A stretch of DNA of 64,000 nucleotides from an uncultured Verrucomicrobiota bacterium (GCA_964582645.1 CAZOTB010000002.1:12777-76776); one strand, 5' to 3'; numbered from the stretch's first letter, positions 28,744 through 38,091 are shown. Numbers and translations: made by a program. The notes: generated by a model not told the origin, from the sequence alone.

Positions 28744-29520
28744 CTATCGCGGCTGCTGCACAACCTCACGGGCTTCCTTGGCTGCCTTCTTGGAACCTTC
28801 GGGCAGAAAACGGATATCGCCTCCCGCAACGATCATGTTGAATCCAGCTTCGACGCAAAACCGGATCATATCGGCGTTCGTGCCACCGCTGGCGAGCGAA
28901 AACTTGCCGTGCTTGCGACACGCGGCCACGACCGCTTGCATGTCGCTGCCAAGGGTGTTTTTCGAGCGCGGAGAGTCCATCGAGAACCCCCGACGCATCA
29001 TCACGTCGTCGGGACCGAGGAACAGTACGTCCACGCCCGGCACCGCAGCGATCGCGTCTGCGTTCTCGATGGCCTGGGGCGATTCGATCTGGACGATGAG
29101 CAGCACTTCCTCGTTCGCCTTGTCCGAGAAGAGTCGCCCATGCAGATCGACCGGTCGTCGTCCCCCATAGGAACGTCCGCCGATGGGCGGGAACTTGGCC
29201 GCGTGAACGAGTTTGCGTGCTTCCTCTGAGGTGTCCACGAGCGGTACGATCACGCCCGCGGCAGCGGTATCGAGCGCGAGGCCGATGCGCCCGGTATCAT
29301 GCGATGGTGAGCGGACGAACGCGGGTTTGCCGACCGCATCGCACGCCCGCACCATGGCGAGCAGGTCCTCGTAGCCCATCTCGCCATGTTGCCCATCAAT
29401 CCACAACCAGTCCCAGTCGGGCGCGATTCGTTCCAGTTCGCCGGGGCACGGATACATGATGCACAGGCCGAACTGGGGAACCCCCGACGCGAGTGCGGCG
29501 CGAAAAGTTTTCCCGTTCAT
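28744..29520 (-). CDS. HpcH/HpaI-family 2-keto-3-deoxy-sugar-acid aldolase
   Basis: 258 aa with HpcH/HpaI aldolase family similarity throughout. Confidence 0.8.
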   Translation of the reverse strand: MNGKTFRAALASGVPQFGLCIMYPCPGELERIAPDWDWLWIDGQHGEMGYEDLLAMVRACDAVGKPAFVRSPSHDTGRIGLALDTAAAGVIVPLVDTSEEARKLVHAAKFPPIGGRSYGGRRPVDLHGRLFSDKANEEVLLIVQIESPQAIENADAIAAVPGVDVLFLGPDDVMMRRGFSMDSPRSKNTLGSDMQAVVAACRKHGKFSLASGGTNADMIRFCVEAGFNMIVAGGDIRFLPEGSKKAAKEAREVVQQPR

Positions 29521-29664
29521 GTTGCAAAATCGCCCCCGGGCTTATAGCGCGAAGCGGCGGGAATGCACGCCTGTTTTTGCGCGGAAATTTCGCTTGTCAG
29601 CCGGCGGCGTCTATGGCAAGTTGCGCGCCCTTTTACGACGGGAAACAACGAAACGAGGTCCATC

Positions 29665-29976
29665 ATGTACGCGGTAGTTCAAACGGGCAGCAAACAATAT
29701 CGGGTTCAACAAGGCGACACGCTCGAAATCGAGCTCCTTGACGCCGAACAGGGCAAGGAAGTCACCCTCGACCAGGTGCTGCTCATCGCCGACGGCGACA
29801 AAGTGCAGATCGGCAAGCCCACGCTCGCCGGCGCGAAGGTCACCGCCGAGGTCGTCAAGCACAAGCGTGGACCGAAACTGATCGCGTTCAAGATGCGTCG
29901 TACCGAAGGCTATCACCGCAAGGTGGGTCACCGGCAGGAGCTCACGGTAGTCAAGGTCAAGGCGATTCAGGGATAG
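29665..29976 (+). CDS. rplU: 50S ribosomal protein L21
   Basis: ATG at 29665 with a GAGG Shine-Dalgarno. MYAVVQTGSKQYRV... is the canonical L21 N-terminus. 103 aa. Confidence 0.9.
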   Translation: MYAVVQTGSKQYRVQQGDTLEIELLDAEQGKEVTLDQVLLIADGDKVQIGKPTLAGAKVTAEVVKHKRGPKLIAFKMRRTEGYHRKVGHRQELTVVKVKAIQG

Positions 29977-30040
29977 CGATTCGTTGGTCGCCGGGTCGTA
30001 GCCGCTTGCCAAACACTCCGGGCTTTGGCACTCTGCACTT

Positions 30041-31027
30041 GTGCAGACTGTGACCGCCAAAAAACTTCGTTCCCTCCTCGCCGCGTTCTGCAACAAACGC
30101 CTCATCGTTCTCGGCGACGCGATGGTGGACCAATACATCTGGGGCAAGGTCTCGCGCATTTCGCCCGAAGCACCGGTGCCCGTCGTCGAAGTAGCGCGGG
30201 AGACCTTCGTCCCCGGCGGTGCCGCCAATGTCAGTCGCAACATCGTCTCGCTCGGCGGCCACGCCGAACTCATTGCCGCAGTCGGCGCCGATGAGATGGG
30301 GGGAAAACTGGAGTCGCTCCTTGCCGAGGACCGAGTCGGCACGCAACACCTGATCCGTCATGGTCGCTATCCCACCACGGTCAAAACGCGCGTGATGGCG
30401 CATCAGCAACAGGTCGTCCGCATTGATCGTGAAGACCGCAGCGGACTCAACAGCGACGTGTCGGTGATGGCGCTGGAACGCGTGCAGCGCGAGCTTTCCC
30501 GTGCCGATGCCGTGGTACTGACCGACTATCACAAGGGCTTTCTCACGCAGCAATTGTTCGACGGAGCGGTGCGACTCGCGACGCGTGCGCGAAAGATCAT
30601 TACCGTGGACCCCAAACCTTCGCATGCGCTGCGGATGCGCGGCATGACGGGGATCACCCCGAACCGCGCCGAGGCGTATTTGGCCGACGCCGCGCCTGCG
30701 GACCGCCCCGTGGAGCAGGTCGGTCAATCCCTCCTCCGAAAATGGGCGGCGAAGAACGTCCTGATCACTCTCGGCGAAGAGGGGATGGCGTTGTTTCAGC
30801 CGGACAAGAAACCGTTCCGCATCCCGACGATGGCGCGTGAGGTCTATGACGTCAGCGGCGCGGGAGATACCGTAATCGCGGCCTTCACGCTGGCGTTGGC
30901 CGCGGGCGCGAGCGCCGTCGAGGCGGCCATCATTGCCAACCACGCCGCGGGCGTCGTGGTCGGCAAAATCGGCACCGCCACGGTCTCACCCGAGGAACTC
31001 GTCGCCAGCTTCGAGGCGGAACGATGA
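30041..31027 (+). CDS. D-glycero-beta-D-manno-heptose-7-phosphate kinase (HldE kinase domain / RfaE domain I, PfkB family)
   Basis: 328 aa. ...RISPEAPVPVV... and DVSGAGDT PfkB motifs. There is no adenylyltransferase domain. Confidence 0.8.
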   Translation: MQTVTAKKLRSLLAAFCNKRLIVLGDAMVDQYIWGKVSRISPEAPVPVVEVARETFVPGGAANVSRNIVSLGGHAELIAAVGADEMGGKLESLLAEDRVGTQHLIRHGRYPTTVKTRVMAHQQQVVRIDREDRSGLNSDVSVMALERVQRELSRADAVVLTDYHKGFLTQQLFDGAVRLATRARKIITVDPKPSHALRMRGMTGITPNRAEAYLADAAPADRPVEQVGQSLLRKWAAKNVLITLGEEGMALFQPDKKPFRIPTMAREVYDVSGAGDTVIAAFTLALAAGASAVEAAIIANHAAGVVVGKIGTATVSPEELVASFEAER

Positions 31028-31557
31028 ACCGCGCCGTGTTTCTCGACCGCGACGGCACGCTGATCGTCGAGAAGAACTACCTCCACAAGATCGAGGACGT
31101 GGAGTTCATTCCCGGCGTCGGCACCGCGCTGGCGAAATTGCGGAAGAAAGGGTTCCTGCTGATTCTGGTCACGAACCAATCCGGTGTCTCGCGCGGCTAT
31201 TTCACGATGGAGGACGTGCAGCGTGTCCACCGCCACATCATCGCCGTGTTGCAGAAAGACGGTGCCACGCTCGACGGCATTTACATCTGTCCGCACCAAG
31301 CCGAGGACAACTGCGAGTGCCGCAAGCCGGGGACAAAGCTCCTTCAGGATGCAAAGGAAAAATTCGGGATTGATCTGACCCGGTCCTTCATGGTCGGCGA
31401 CCGCGAACTGGACGTGCAACTTGGGCAACGAGTTGGCTGCAAGTCGGTGCTCGTGAAGACGGGCTATGGAGAGCAGGTCATCGCGCAGAAACTCGCCGTG
31501 CCCGAGCATGTCGCGGCCGATGTAACGGCGGCAGTAGAGTGGATATTGAAACAGTGA
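31024..31557 (+). CDS. gmhB: D-glycero-D-manno-heptose-1,7-bisphosphate phosphatase (HAD-IIIA)
   Basis: FLDRDGTL motif I and the Cys cluster CPH...CECRKP. Overlaps the kinase stop by 4 nt. Confidence 0.8.
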   Translation: MNRAVFLDRDGTLIVEKNYLHKIEDVEFIPGVGTALAKLRKKGFLLILVTNQSGVSRGYFTMEDVQRVHRHIIAVLQKDGATLDGIYICPHQAEDNCECRKPGTKLLQDAKEKFGIDLTRSFMVGDRELDVQLGQRVGCKSVLVKTGYGEQVIAQKLAVPEHVAADVTAAVEWILKQ

Positions 31558-31572
31558 GTGACGCCTGCCTTC

Positions 31573-32397
31573 TCACTTCGCGGCGCATCTCTTCTCGATC
31601 AGCGCTCGCAAATCCTTCAACGCCGCCTTCTCCGTCTCGTTTAGTGATTCCACCGTTTTGAGCACCGCGGAAGGATCCTGGTGGATTTTCTCCGTCACAC
31701 CCACGGGCACGCCGAGCAGTCGCGTGAACTGCCGGTCGGCCGTGCTCTTCGATTTGCTCAGGAACACCCGGCTCAGAAACGCAAAGAAGGCGCTGTCCAC
31801 CTTCACCCACACATCCAGCCGGTAGTCCAGCATCTCACTGCGATTCAGCGCCGGGTTCTTTGGTCGCACGTACTCGAGCACTACCACGCTGTGGCCGCCG
31901 ACGGTGAACAAGCCTTTCTGCGTTCCTTCCACGTGGAACACCCGTTTGCCTTCGGCGGCATGGACGAACGTCAGGTAGCCGGTCGAGGTCTCGCCGTCGT
32001 CGCCGAAGATGCGCCCGTCCTTCTCGCGGCGGGTGGTGAAGTTGGCGACCCCGAGTCTGCGTCCGGCGAGCGCGCAATGCTCGAGATTGTCGAACAGGTA
32101 CTCGAAGATCACCCGGTCACCGTGCAGTGTTCGCGGCCCGATGTTGAGTTCGAAGGTCGGGTATTGTGTCACCGCACGGACGAGCTCTCGTGATTCCCCG
32201 GACAGCTTGTCGAACGGAATTGCCTTCGGGTCGGGCGCCACATCGGCATGCGCACCCCATGCGGAGGCGAGCACCACAAGGCCGCCCAACACACCTGCCA
32301 CCACCCCGAGTCGGTTCAACGCGGGACCAGAATGGTATTTATGATTGCTGACGGAGTTGACGTTCGGCTTCGAGCCAATGCTCAATGTCCTGACCAT
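31573..32397 (-). CDS. hypothetical secreted protein
   Basis: ATG at complement 32395-32397 (MVRTLSIGS...) with a signal/TM segment LGVVAGVLGGLVVLASAWGAHA. Start is uncertain. Confidence 0.45.
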   Translation of the reverse strand: MVRTLSIGSKPNVNSVSNHKYHSGPALNRLGVVAGVLGGLVVLASAWGAHADVAPDPKAIPFDKLSGESRELVRAVTQYPTFELNIGPRTLHGDRVIFEYLFDNLEHCALAGRRLGVANFTTRREKDGRIFGDDGETSTGYLTFVHAAEGKRVFHVEGTQKGLFTVGGHSVVVLEYVRPKNPALNRSEMLDYRLDVWVKVDSAFFAFLSRVFLSKSKSTADRQFTRLLGVPVGVTEKIHQDPSAVLKTVESLNETEKAALKDLRALIEKRCAAK

Positions 32398-32569
32398 GCG
32401 GGCATCCGCGCGACTGCCAGATTTCGTAAGCGCGTCGCGCGATCTCCTCTGCACTTGCTGTCGCACTCGCAGTTGATGCGACGCTGCGAGCGGCGCGTTG
32501 GCGCGAGCGCGCAGAGGAAGTTCGGGTTTGCACTCCAAAGACACGATTTTGTCCCAAGTCTGTAGCCAT
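32339..32569 (-). CDS. DUF2934 domain protein
   Basis: EEIARRAYEIWQSRGCPHGQDIEHWLEAERQL is the DUF2934 signature. Its 3' end overlaps the predicted start of the downstream gene by about 59 nt. Confidence 0.55.
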   Translation of the reverse strand: MATDLGQNRVFGVQTRTSSARSRQRAARSVASTASATASAEEIARRAYEIWQSRGCPHGQDIEHWLEAERQLRQQS

Positions 32570-32853
32570 AGATGGCTCCTTTCGTTATGAGTCGGTTTAT
32601 CCTCGGGCACATACATTCTATCCGAGAACCGGGACTTCGCAAAGCCATTTTTGTTCCGACGCGGCGACGGACGCGTGTCGGCGGGGGCGCGAACTGTCGC
32701 GCTTGCGCGCCATCAGGCGTATTTCCTTGAAAACCATGCGCCGGCCCAATATCACTTGCCGCCGTCGCGGGCGGGCAGATTTTGCTCACGCAGCGCAACT
32801 TTAACCAGCGGACTGGCAGAGATTGCCCGTCCCACTCACGAGGGAGAATTGAC

Positions 32854-33852
32854 ATGGCACGACCAGTTACGTTGTTCACGGGACAGTGGGCCGACCTGAC
32901 GTTCGAGGTGGCTTGTCAGAAAGCGAAATCGTTTGGCTACGATGGAATCGAGTTGCCTTGTTGGGGCGACCATTTCGACGTCAGCAAGGCACACAAGGAC
33001 AAATCCTACTGCGACGGGCGACACGAGATCCTCGCCAAGCATGGACTCAAGACCTGGGCCATCAGCAGCCATCTCGTCGGCCAGGCCATTTGCGACCACA
33101 TTGATGCCCGGCACAAGGCGATCCTCCCGCCGCACGTCTGGGGCGACGGTAAACCCGATGGCGTGCGCAAGCGCGCCGCCGAGGAAATGAAGAAGACGGC
33201 CCACGCGGCAAAGAACCTCGGCGTGAAAGTCGTCAACGGCTTCACCGGCAGCAGCATCTGGCATTACCTCTACAGTTTCCCGCCCGTGTCGCAGCAGATG
33301 ATTGACGACGGCTATGCGCAGTTTGCCACAGCGTGGAATCCGATCCTCGACGAGTTCAAGAAATGCGGTGTGCGGTTCGCGCTCGAAGTGCATCCAACGG
33401 AGATCGCGTTCGACATCGCCAGCTCTGAACGCGCCATCGCTGCGCTCAAGGGCCGCAAGGAGTTCGGCTTCAACTACGATCCGTCGCACCTCGGCTATCA
33501 GGGCGTGGATTACGTGAAGTTCATCCGTCGTTTCGGCGACCGCATCTATCACGTCCACATGAAGGATGTTTGGTGGGGTCACGGCGACGGCACCGTGGGC
33601 GTGTTCGGTGGCCACACCAACTTCGGCGATGCGCGCCGCTACTGGGATTTCCGCAGCCTCGGCCACGGCGACATCAACTTCGAGGAGATCATCGTCGCGC
33701 TCAACGACGTAGGCTATCAAGGCCCGTTGAGCGTCGAGTGGGAAGACATCCGCATGGATCGCGAGTACGGTGCCGCCGAAGCCTGCGCGTTCGTCAAGAA
33801 ACTCAGCTTCAAGCCGAGCGCCGTGGCGTTCGACGCGGCGTTTGAGAAGTGA
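32854..33852 (+). CDS. sugar phosphate isomerase/epimerase (xylose-isomerase-like TIM barrel)
   Basis: ATG at 32854 with an AGGGAG Shine-Dalgarno. AP-endonuclease-2 / xylose-isomerase-like TIM barrel pattern. The antisense ORF 32836..33720 is rejected. Confidence 0.8.
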   Translation: MARPVTLFTGQWADLTFEVACQKAKSFGYDGIELPCWGDHFDVSKAHKDKSYCDGRHEILAKHGLKTWAISSHLVGQAICDHIDARHKAILPPHVWGDGKPDGVRKRAAEEMKKTAHAAKNLGVKVVNGFTGSSIWHYLYSFPPVSQQMIDDGYAQFATAWNPILDEFKKCGVRFALEVHPTEIAFDIASSERAIAALKGRKEFGFNYDPSHLGYQGVDYVKFIRRFGDRIYHVHMKDVWWGHGDGTVGVFGGHTNFGDARRYWDFRSLGHGDINFEEIIVALNDVGYQGPLSVEWEDIRMDREYGAAEACAFVKKLSFKPSAVAFDAAFEK

Positions 33853-34044
33853 TCGGTGGAAGCCCGATGCTGTCCAAAGCGAGCTTTCGAGTCCGGTAGC
33901 GAACAGTTTTCACTGCGTTGGAGCGATGTCGCAAGCGACCATAATCCGATTGAACCGGAACCGAGTCTGGCTTGGGATGACGGCCGGATCATTCGCTGCG
34001 AGCGTGACTTGGTATTGCGCTTATCCGAGGGTGAGTGGCTCCGC

Positions 34045-34485
34045 TCACGCGGCTTGTTCGTTCAATGGGTCTATCCACTGCAGATCGTGAAAGCGCGCGA
34101 ATCCGCTGTCGGCGCTTGCCAGGGTTGCTTCCGCCTCGATGGCAACCGCCGCGATGAACGCATCCGTGATATCGTTGCCCGCCAGGCGAAGGTCCCGGCA
34201 GAGGCGGATGAATGTTTCCCGATGCCCCGGCGCGGTGCGGACTTCGGTCACGAGGGGGCAAGCCCTGATGGCGTTCAAGAAACTGAGCGATTCTTCCAGG
34301 CTCGAAGGCTGGGCAAACGCCCGGGGATTCGTCGTGATCCGGAGGAACGCCAGTTCGGTGAACTCATGCAAACCCAGCGGCTCTCGTTCTGCGAGCTTTT
34401 TCTCCACCCACCGCTTCGCCTTGGCGTGCTGGACGAGGTCTCGGCGGAAAGCGTAGATCAACACATTGGCGTCGAGCAGTAGCAT
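34045..34485 (-). CDS. vapC: PIN-domain toxin VapC
   Basis: MLLLDANVLIYAF...D...D acidic PIN residues. Paired with the upstream RHH antitoxin. Confidence 0.8.
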   Translation of the reverse strand: MLLLDANVLIYAFRRDLVQHAKAKRWVEKKLAEREPLGLHEFTELAFLRITTNPRAFAQPSSLEESLSFLNAIRACPLVTEVRTAPGHRETFIRLCRDLRLAGNDITDAFIAAVAIEAEATLASADSGFARFHDLQWIDPLNEQAA

Positions 34486-34532
34486 GTTGACTCAGGCGGG
34501 GCGACCGTGCAACCGATGCGCGTCCATGTCGC

Positions 34533-34808
34533 TCATTTGCGGTTGTTCAGGAGCCTGGCGGCTTCCGAGTCTTCCGCGGTCTCGCGGGCGTGCCGCAAAT
34601 CCCGAACCCCTCGTGCGAACCCGCCCTTGGCACGGCTCACCGGCAGCTTGACCCTGCGCACCCGCTGGCGCGTCCCGTTGCCGGAGCGTCCCCCCAGATA
34701 CTGGCGCAGGGCATCCTCAATATAGTGGTGGAGAGTCACGCCCTTCTTTGCCGCCTCCGCTTTGGCCTGGCGCATGATACGATCATCGAACCGCAACGTA
34801 GTTTGCAT
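34533..34808 (-). CDS. vapB: VapB-family antitoxin (ribbon-helix-helix)
   Basis: MQTTLRFDDRIMRQAKAEAAKKGVTL... is typical of RHH antitoxins. Immediately upstream of vapC. Confidence 0.65.
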   Translation of the reverse strand: MQTTLRFDDRIMRQAKAEAAKKGVTLHHYIEDALRQYLGGRSGNGTRQRVRRVKLPVSRAKGGFARGVRDLRHARETAEDSEAARLLNNRK

Positions 34809-34849
34809 GTGCCAAAATTAATAGACCGACGGGTTGGTGTCAAACCGCT

Positions 34850-35206
34850 CTACTTGCCCGCCAGCTTGACCACAACGACCTTTTCAGCGTCATCCCATGT
34901 GGCAGCGTATTGCTTCGTCTTCGGGTGCTCGAGTTCGTAGTGCCGCAGGAAGGAAATGGCGGTGATTTGAAACCCTCCGCCCTTCACGGGCCGCAGCTTG
35001 TAGCTGTGCTCCGTCTCCGGCGCAACCGGGCGAATCCCGATCCGGCGCGACTTGGCATCATAGAGTAACTGTACCGCCTCGGCTTTCGGCAGATACTGTT
35101 CCTGGCACGCTTGGTTCAGACCGAAGGTGCCGTTCTTGGTCACGCTGACCGTCGGCTCCAAGCTCCTGGGTTTCCGATTTACTCCTGTAAACGTCTCGAA
35201 TCCCAT
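34850..35206 (-). CDS. hypothetical protein
   Basis: ATG at complement 35204-35206 with a GGAG Shine-Dalgarno 9 nt upstream. 118 aa. No recognised domain. Confidence 0.4.
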   Translation of the reverse strand: MGFETFTGVNRKPRSLEPTVSVTKNGTFGLNQACQEQYLPKAEAVQLLYDAKSRRIGIRPVAPETEHSYKLRPVKGGGFQITAISFLRHYELEHPKTKQYAATWDDAEKVVVVKLAGK

Positions 35207-35383
35207 AATGTGTTCTCCATTCCTTATTGAGCAGCTATTTCCAGTCTTGTCGCCGCAGGTTTTACACCTGCGAACTGTTTGCACTACAGAAAAGTCTTCT
35301 CGAATCAGCTTTCATCACCACGATACAAACCGAAAGTCCCACTTGCGTCAATGCCGGATCCAGGCGAACCCGTTCTCACGGTG

Positions 35384-35480
35384 GCAAGCTGAAGCTTGAA
35401 CTACCTACGCAAGCAGCAACCCCGTTCTTGGGAATCGAACGATCCCGGCGCCAGCGTTCGTAGTTCAAGCTTCAGCTTGC
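35384..35480. repeat. palindromic element: perfect 21-bp inverted repeat (gcaagctgaagcttgaactac ... gtagttcaagcttcagcttgc) flanking a 55-nt core
   Basis: Seen directly. The arms are themselves near-palindromic (gaagcttc). A related hairpin containing cgcttcagcttg is at 51795-51850. Confidence 0.6.
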
Positions 35481-35585
35481 TCCTGCACATGTCGCAGTGA
35501 CCGACAACCTCGGGACACCGCTTTCCGCCCGTATGGCCCGGCCCCACAATCGCTCCTGAAAGAGCTTGACCGGGCCGGGTGCGCG

Positions 35586-36236
35586 TTGCACACTCTCGGC
35601 CAAACAAGGGAAGGCGAATCACATGCGCCGAACGATCACGCGATTGACTGGATCCCGGTTGAGCGCCAGCAGGAAAAAGCACTCCATGGCCTCGTCCGAC
35701 TCGATTGGAAAGGACACCGCTTCTTGATCGCCACTGACTGTGCCTTCAGCGACGACGCCATGGATTCCCTCGCCACCCACGACCTGCGGGCGGAGGTGCT
35801 CGTCGTCCCAGGACGACTCGGACCGTCAGATCGTCCGGCTCAAGCCAGGTACCACGACCTGCTCCGAGCGTTGATCCCCGCCGCAAACCCGGAACTCATC
35901 GTCCTGTGCGACGGTGACCCGTCCCTCTTTTCCGCCACACTCGCGGTTTGCCGGACCGCGTGCCAAGCCCCCGTGCTCTCCACCCGGCTGACGGGTGCCC
36001 TGACCTTCAGCTTGACGCCGGACCGCACACTGGTCATCAGCCCCTATCACCCGAACAGCAAACCCGTTCGGCTCTCGCCGCGCCGGTCACCTCACGACTC
36101 TTTACAACCTTCAGCCCTCGACATTAAACCCCGCCACAGTGCCGATCGCCCTGTAAACAGCCCGTTTCTCGGTCCGGTACTCACGACCCGAAACGCAGCC
36201 TCAGAACAACACGGCGGGACGCATCCAGAGGAATAG
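35586..36236 (+). pseudogene. degenerate ComEC/Rec2-like MBL-fold C-terminal remnant (TTG start in track)
   Basis: The pattern GHRFLIATDCAFSDDAMDSLATHDLRAEVLVVPGRL...ELIVLCDGDPSLF aligns to the end of the ComEC MBL domain (LltGDie..E..L....advLkvpHHGS...aviS.G..N.yghPh). The metal-binding His residues are lost (HHGS -> PGRL) and the N-terminal MBL motifs are absent. Confidence 0.3.
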
Positions 36237-36238
36237 CC

Positions 36239-37075
36239 ATGACATGTAATCATTCAAGTGGAGGTTTCTTCGGAAGAATGAAGGATAAAGTTGTTGGTGG
36301 ATATGAAGGAATTAAGAATAGATTGTTAGGAGATGGTGTATTTGATTTGGAGTATGTTGGACAAGAAAGATCTGGATTACCAGGTATTAATTATGCTGGT
36401 AATAAAGCATTTACGCTGATTGAATTACTTGTTGTTACTGGAATTATTGCTATTTTAGCTGCGATGACTTTGCCTGCTTTGAGTTCTGCTAAAGCTGCCG
36501 GGAAAAGAGCATCATGCATTAATAATTTGAATCAAATTGGAAAAGCCATGACGATGTATGCTGGAGATAATAAAGATTTTCTACCTCCAACTGGGACTCT
36601 CATGAATGATGTAACTTCAGATTGGCAGCTTAGAACTCCTTTAGGCACAAATTTTAATGCGGGCATGGTTATAGCAAATGCAGGCACAACAATCTCGACT
36701 GGAAATATTGCTAGTTATAAATCGTTTGCTTGTCCCGATGCCAGTTATTTTACACTTAAGAAATTAGATGATGATTGGTCAAATCCAAGCGGAGTACCAG
36801 AAAGTTCTTATTTGTATAGAAGTAAAATGCATGGAAGACTTGAAAAGCTTGGTGATCTAAATGGTCAAGAACCAAATAATCTTATTATGACGGACTTTAA
36901 CAAATATTATGGTAGTCCAAATGAGAATCATCGAGGGAAGTTAGTAAACGTTTTATTTGCTGATGGACATGTTGCAACAGCAAATAATATAAGTAATGAA
37001 TTGGGTATTTATGTTCCGGCTCGTTTATCAAATTATTGGAATATTCTCAAGGTAAAATTTCCTGGAGGAATTTAA
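36239..37075 (+). CDS. prepilin-type N-terminal cleavage/methylation domain protein, DUF1559 (H-X9-DG) family, in a low-GC island
   Basis: [45 protein letters not shown] is the PVC-lineage prepilin/DUF1559 N-terminus. [12 protein letters not shown] looks like the H-X9-DG motif. The gene is about 35% GC against a roughly 62% GC background. An unusual 57-aa leader precedes the FTLIE motif. Confidence 0.8.
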   Translation: MTCNHSSGGFFGRMKDKVVGGYEGIKNRLLGDGVFDLEYVGQERSGLPGINYAGNKAFTLIELLVVTGIIAILAAMTLPALSSAKAAGKRASCINNLNQIGKAMTMYAGDNKDFLPPTGTLMNDVTSDWQLRTPLGTNFNAGMVIANAGTTISTGNIASYKSFACPDASYFTLKKLDDDWSNPSGVPESSYLYRSKMHGRLEKLGDLNGQEPNNLIMTDFNKYYGSPNENHRGKLVNVLFADGHVATANNISNELGIYVPARLSNYWNILKVKFPGGI

Positions 37076-37324
37076 CTATTTTATAAACTTTTAAATAGAT
37101 TATTTTCTTCGATTACTTATGAGAAAAGGTTGTTTGTTAATGAGAGGGATGTGTTAGTTGTCGTAGCCGCGTGGGGTGAGAGCAGCTTCTCATGCAGAAA
37201 TGTCGGGCTTGGTGCATACCTCCGATCATTGGTGCCATTCGAGTAATTCGTGGCTACAGTCTGCTCCATGACCTCCCCATCACGATCCTTGTGAATCGGC
37301 TTCAATAGGATTAGAGTATGCCCG

Positions 37325-37950
37325 ATGAAACTCCGGACGGACCTGCTCAAGCACGCGACTCCAAAGGAAGCACTCAAGGAGGGACTGGCGAACATTCACC
37401 GTTACAAGCCCGAGCCGCGTTTCTCCAAAACTGGGACTGGGAGTCTGTCGTCCGCCACAACCGAAGAGTCTGCGAATGAGGTCGCGCGCAGTACGGCACG
37501 AATTCAGAAAGCGTTGCGAAAGTCCGGAGCCAATGGGAGGAAAAACGGCTCGTCGCCGCGTCGCTAGGCGACACCCTCGATTTCCTCCGCCGTTGTCACC
37601 GCGAGGCACCGTTCTTCTTCTTCAACGGGAACACATTCGCTGAGATCGGCCGCACATTCTCAGACTACCTCTTTGCGGAACTCCCCGCCGTCCGCCGCCG
37701 CGAAGCCACTTCCGCCGTCGCCCACTACATTGCCGGTGTGCTTGACCGGCAGTTCATGGTTGAGATTGTCGAGGAGCTTTGCCAGAGCGCAGAACTCAAG
37801 CCGGGCGACCGCGTAAAGACTCTGCGCGGCTCCTCCCGAGGCGCAGTTGTCCGCTTGCTCGATGATGGCCGGGTGGTCTGGAGAGCGGACGGCGCGCGAA
37901 TGGAGATCGTCGCTTTGCCCGAGAGCCTGCTTCTCGACAAGTCGAAGTAA
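37325..37950 (+). pseudogene. frameshifted hypothetical gene (ORF 37325..37567 in frame 2 continues as frame 1 from about 37480 to 37950)
   Basis: Frame 1 is open and protein-like (…SQWEEKRLVAASLGDTLDFLRRCHREAPFFFFNGNTFAEIGRTF…) but has no start until the GTG at 37738 / ATG at 37756. The frame switch coincides with a gcgcgc tract at 37483-37490. Confidence 0.3.
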
Positions 37951-38091
37951 TGCAGTCCCAGAGAGCCGGCAAAACCATTACCGGAACAATCATTCTGCCC
38001 GCAATCATTTTGCCGGATTCTCGGAGAAATCGGATCATCCGCAGCGCCGCCTTTGTGCATCGGGGCGCCTGAGGCGGTGTCCGTAGCTTGC

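Noticed and set aside
32836-33720. 294-aa minus-strand ORF
   Set aside because: Antisense to the sugar-phosphate isomerase/epimerase gene. That gene has a TIM-barrel family match and an AGGGAG Shine-Dalgarno.
35405-35459. Possible tRNA (gggaatcgaacgatccc resembles a T-arm)
   Set aside because: On either strand the stem is only 4 bp with a 9-nt loop, not the canonical 5-bp stem with the 7-nt TTCRANN loop. No acceptor/anticodon architecture can be built. It is better explained as the core of a palindromic repeat.
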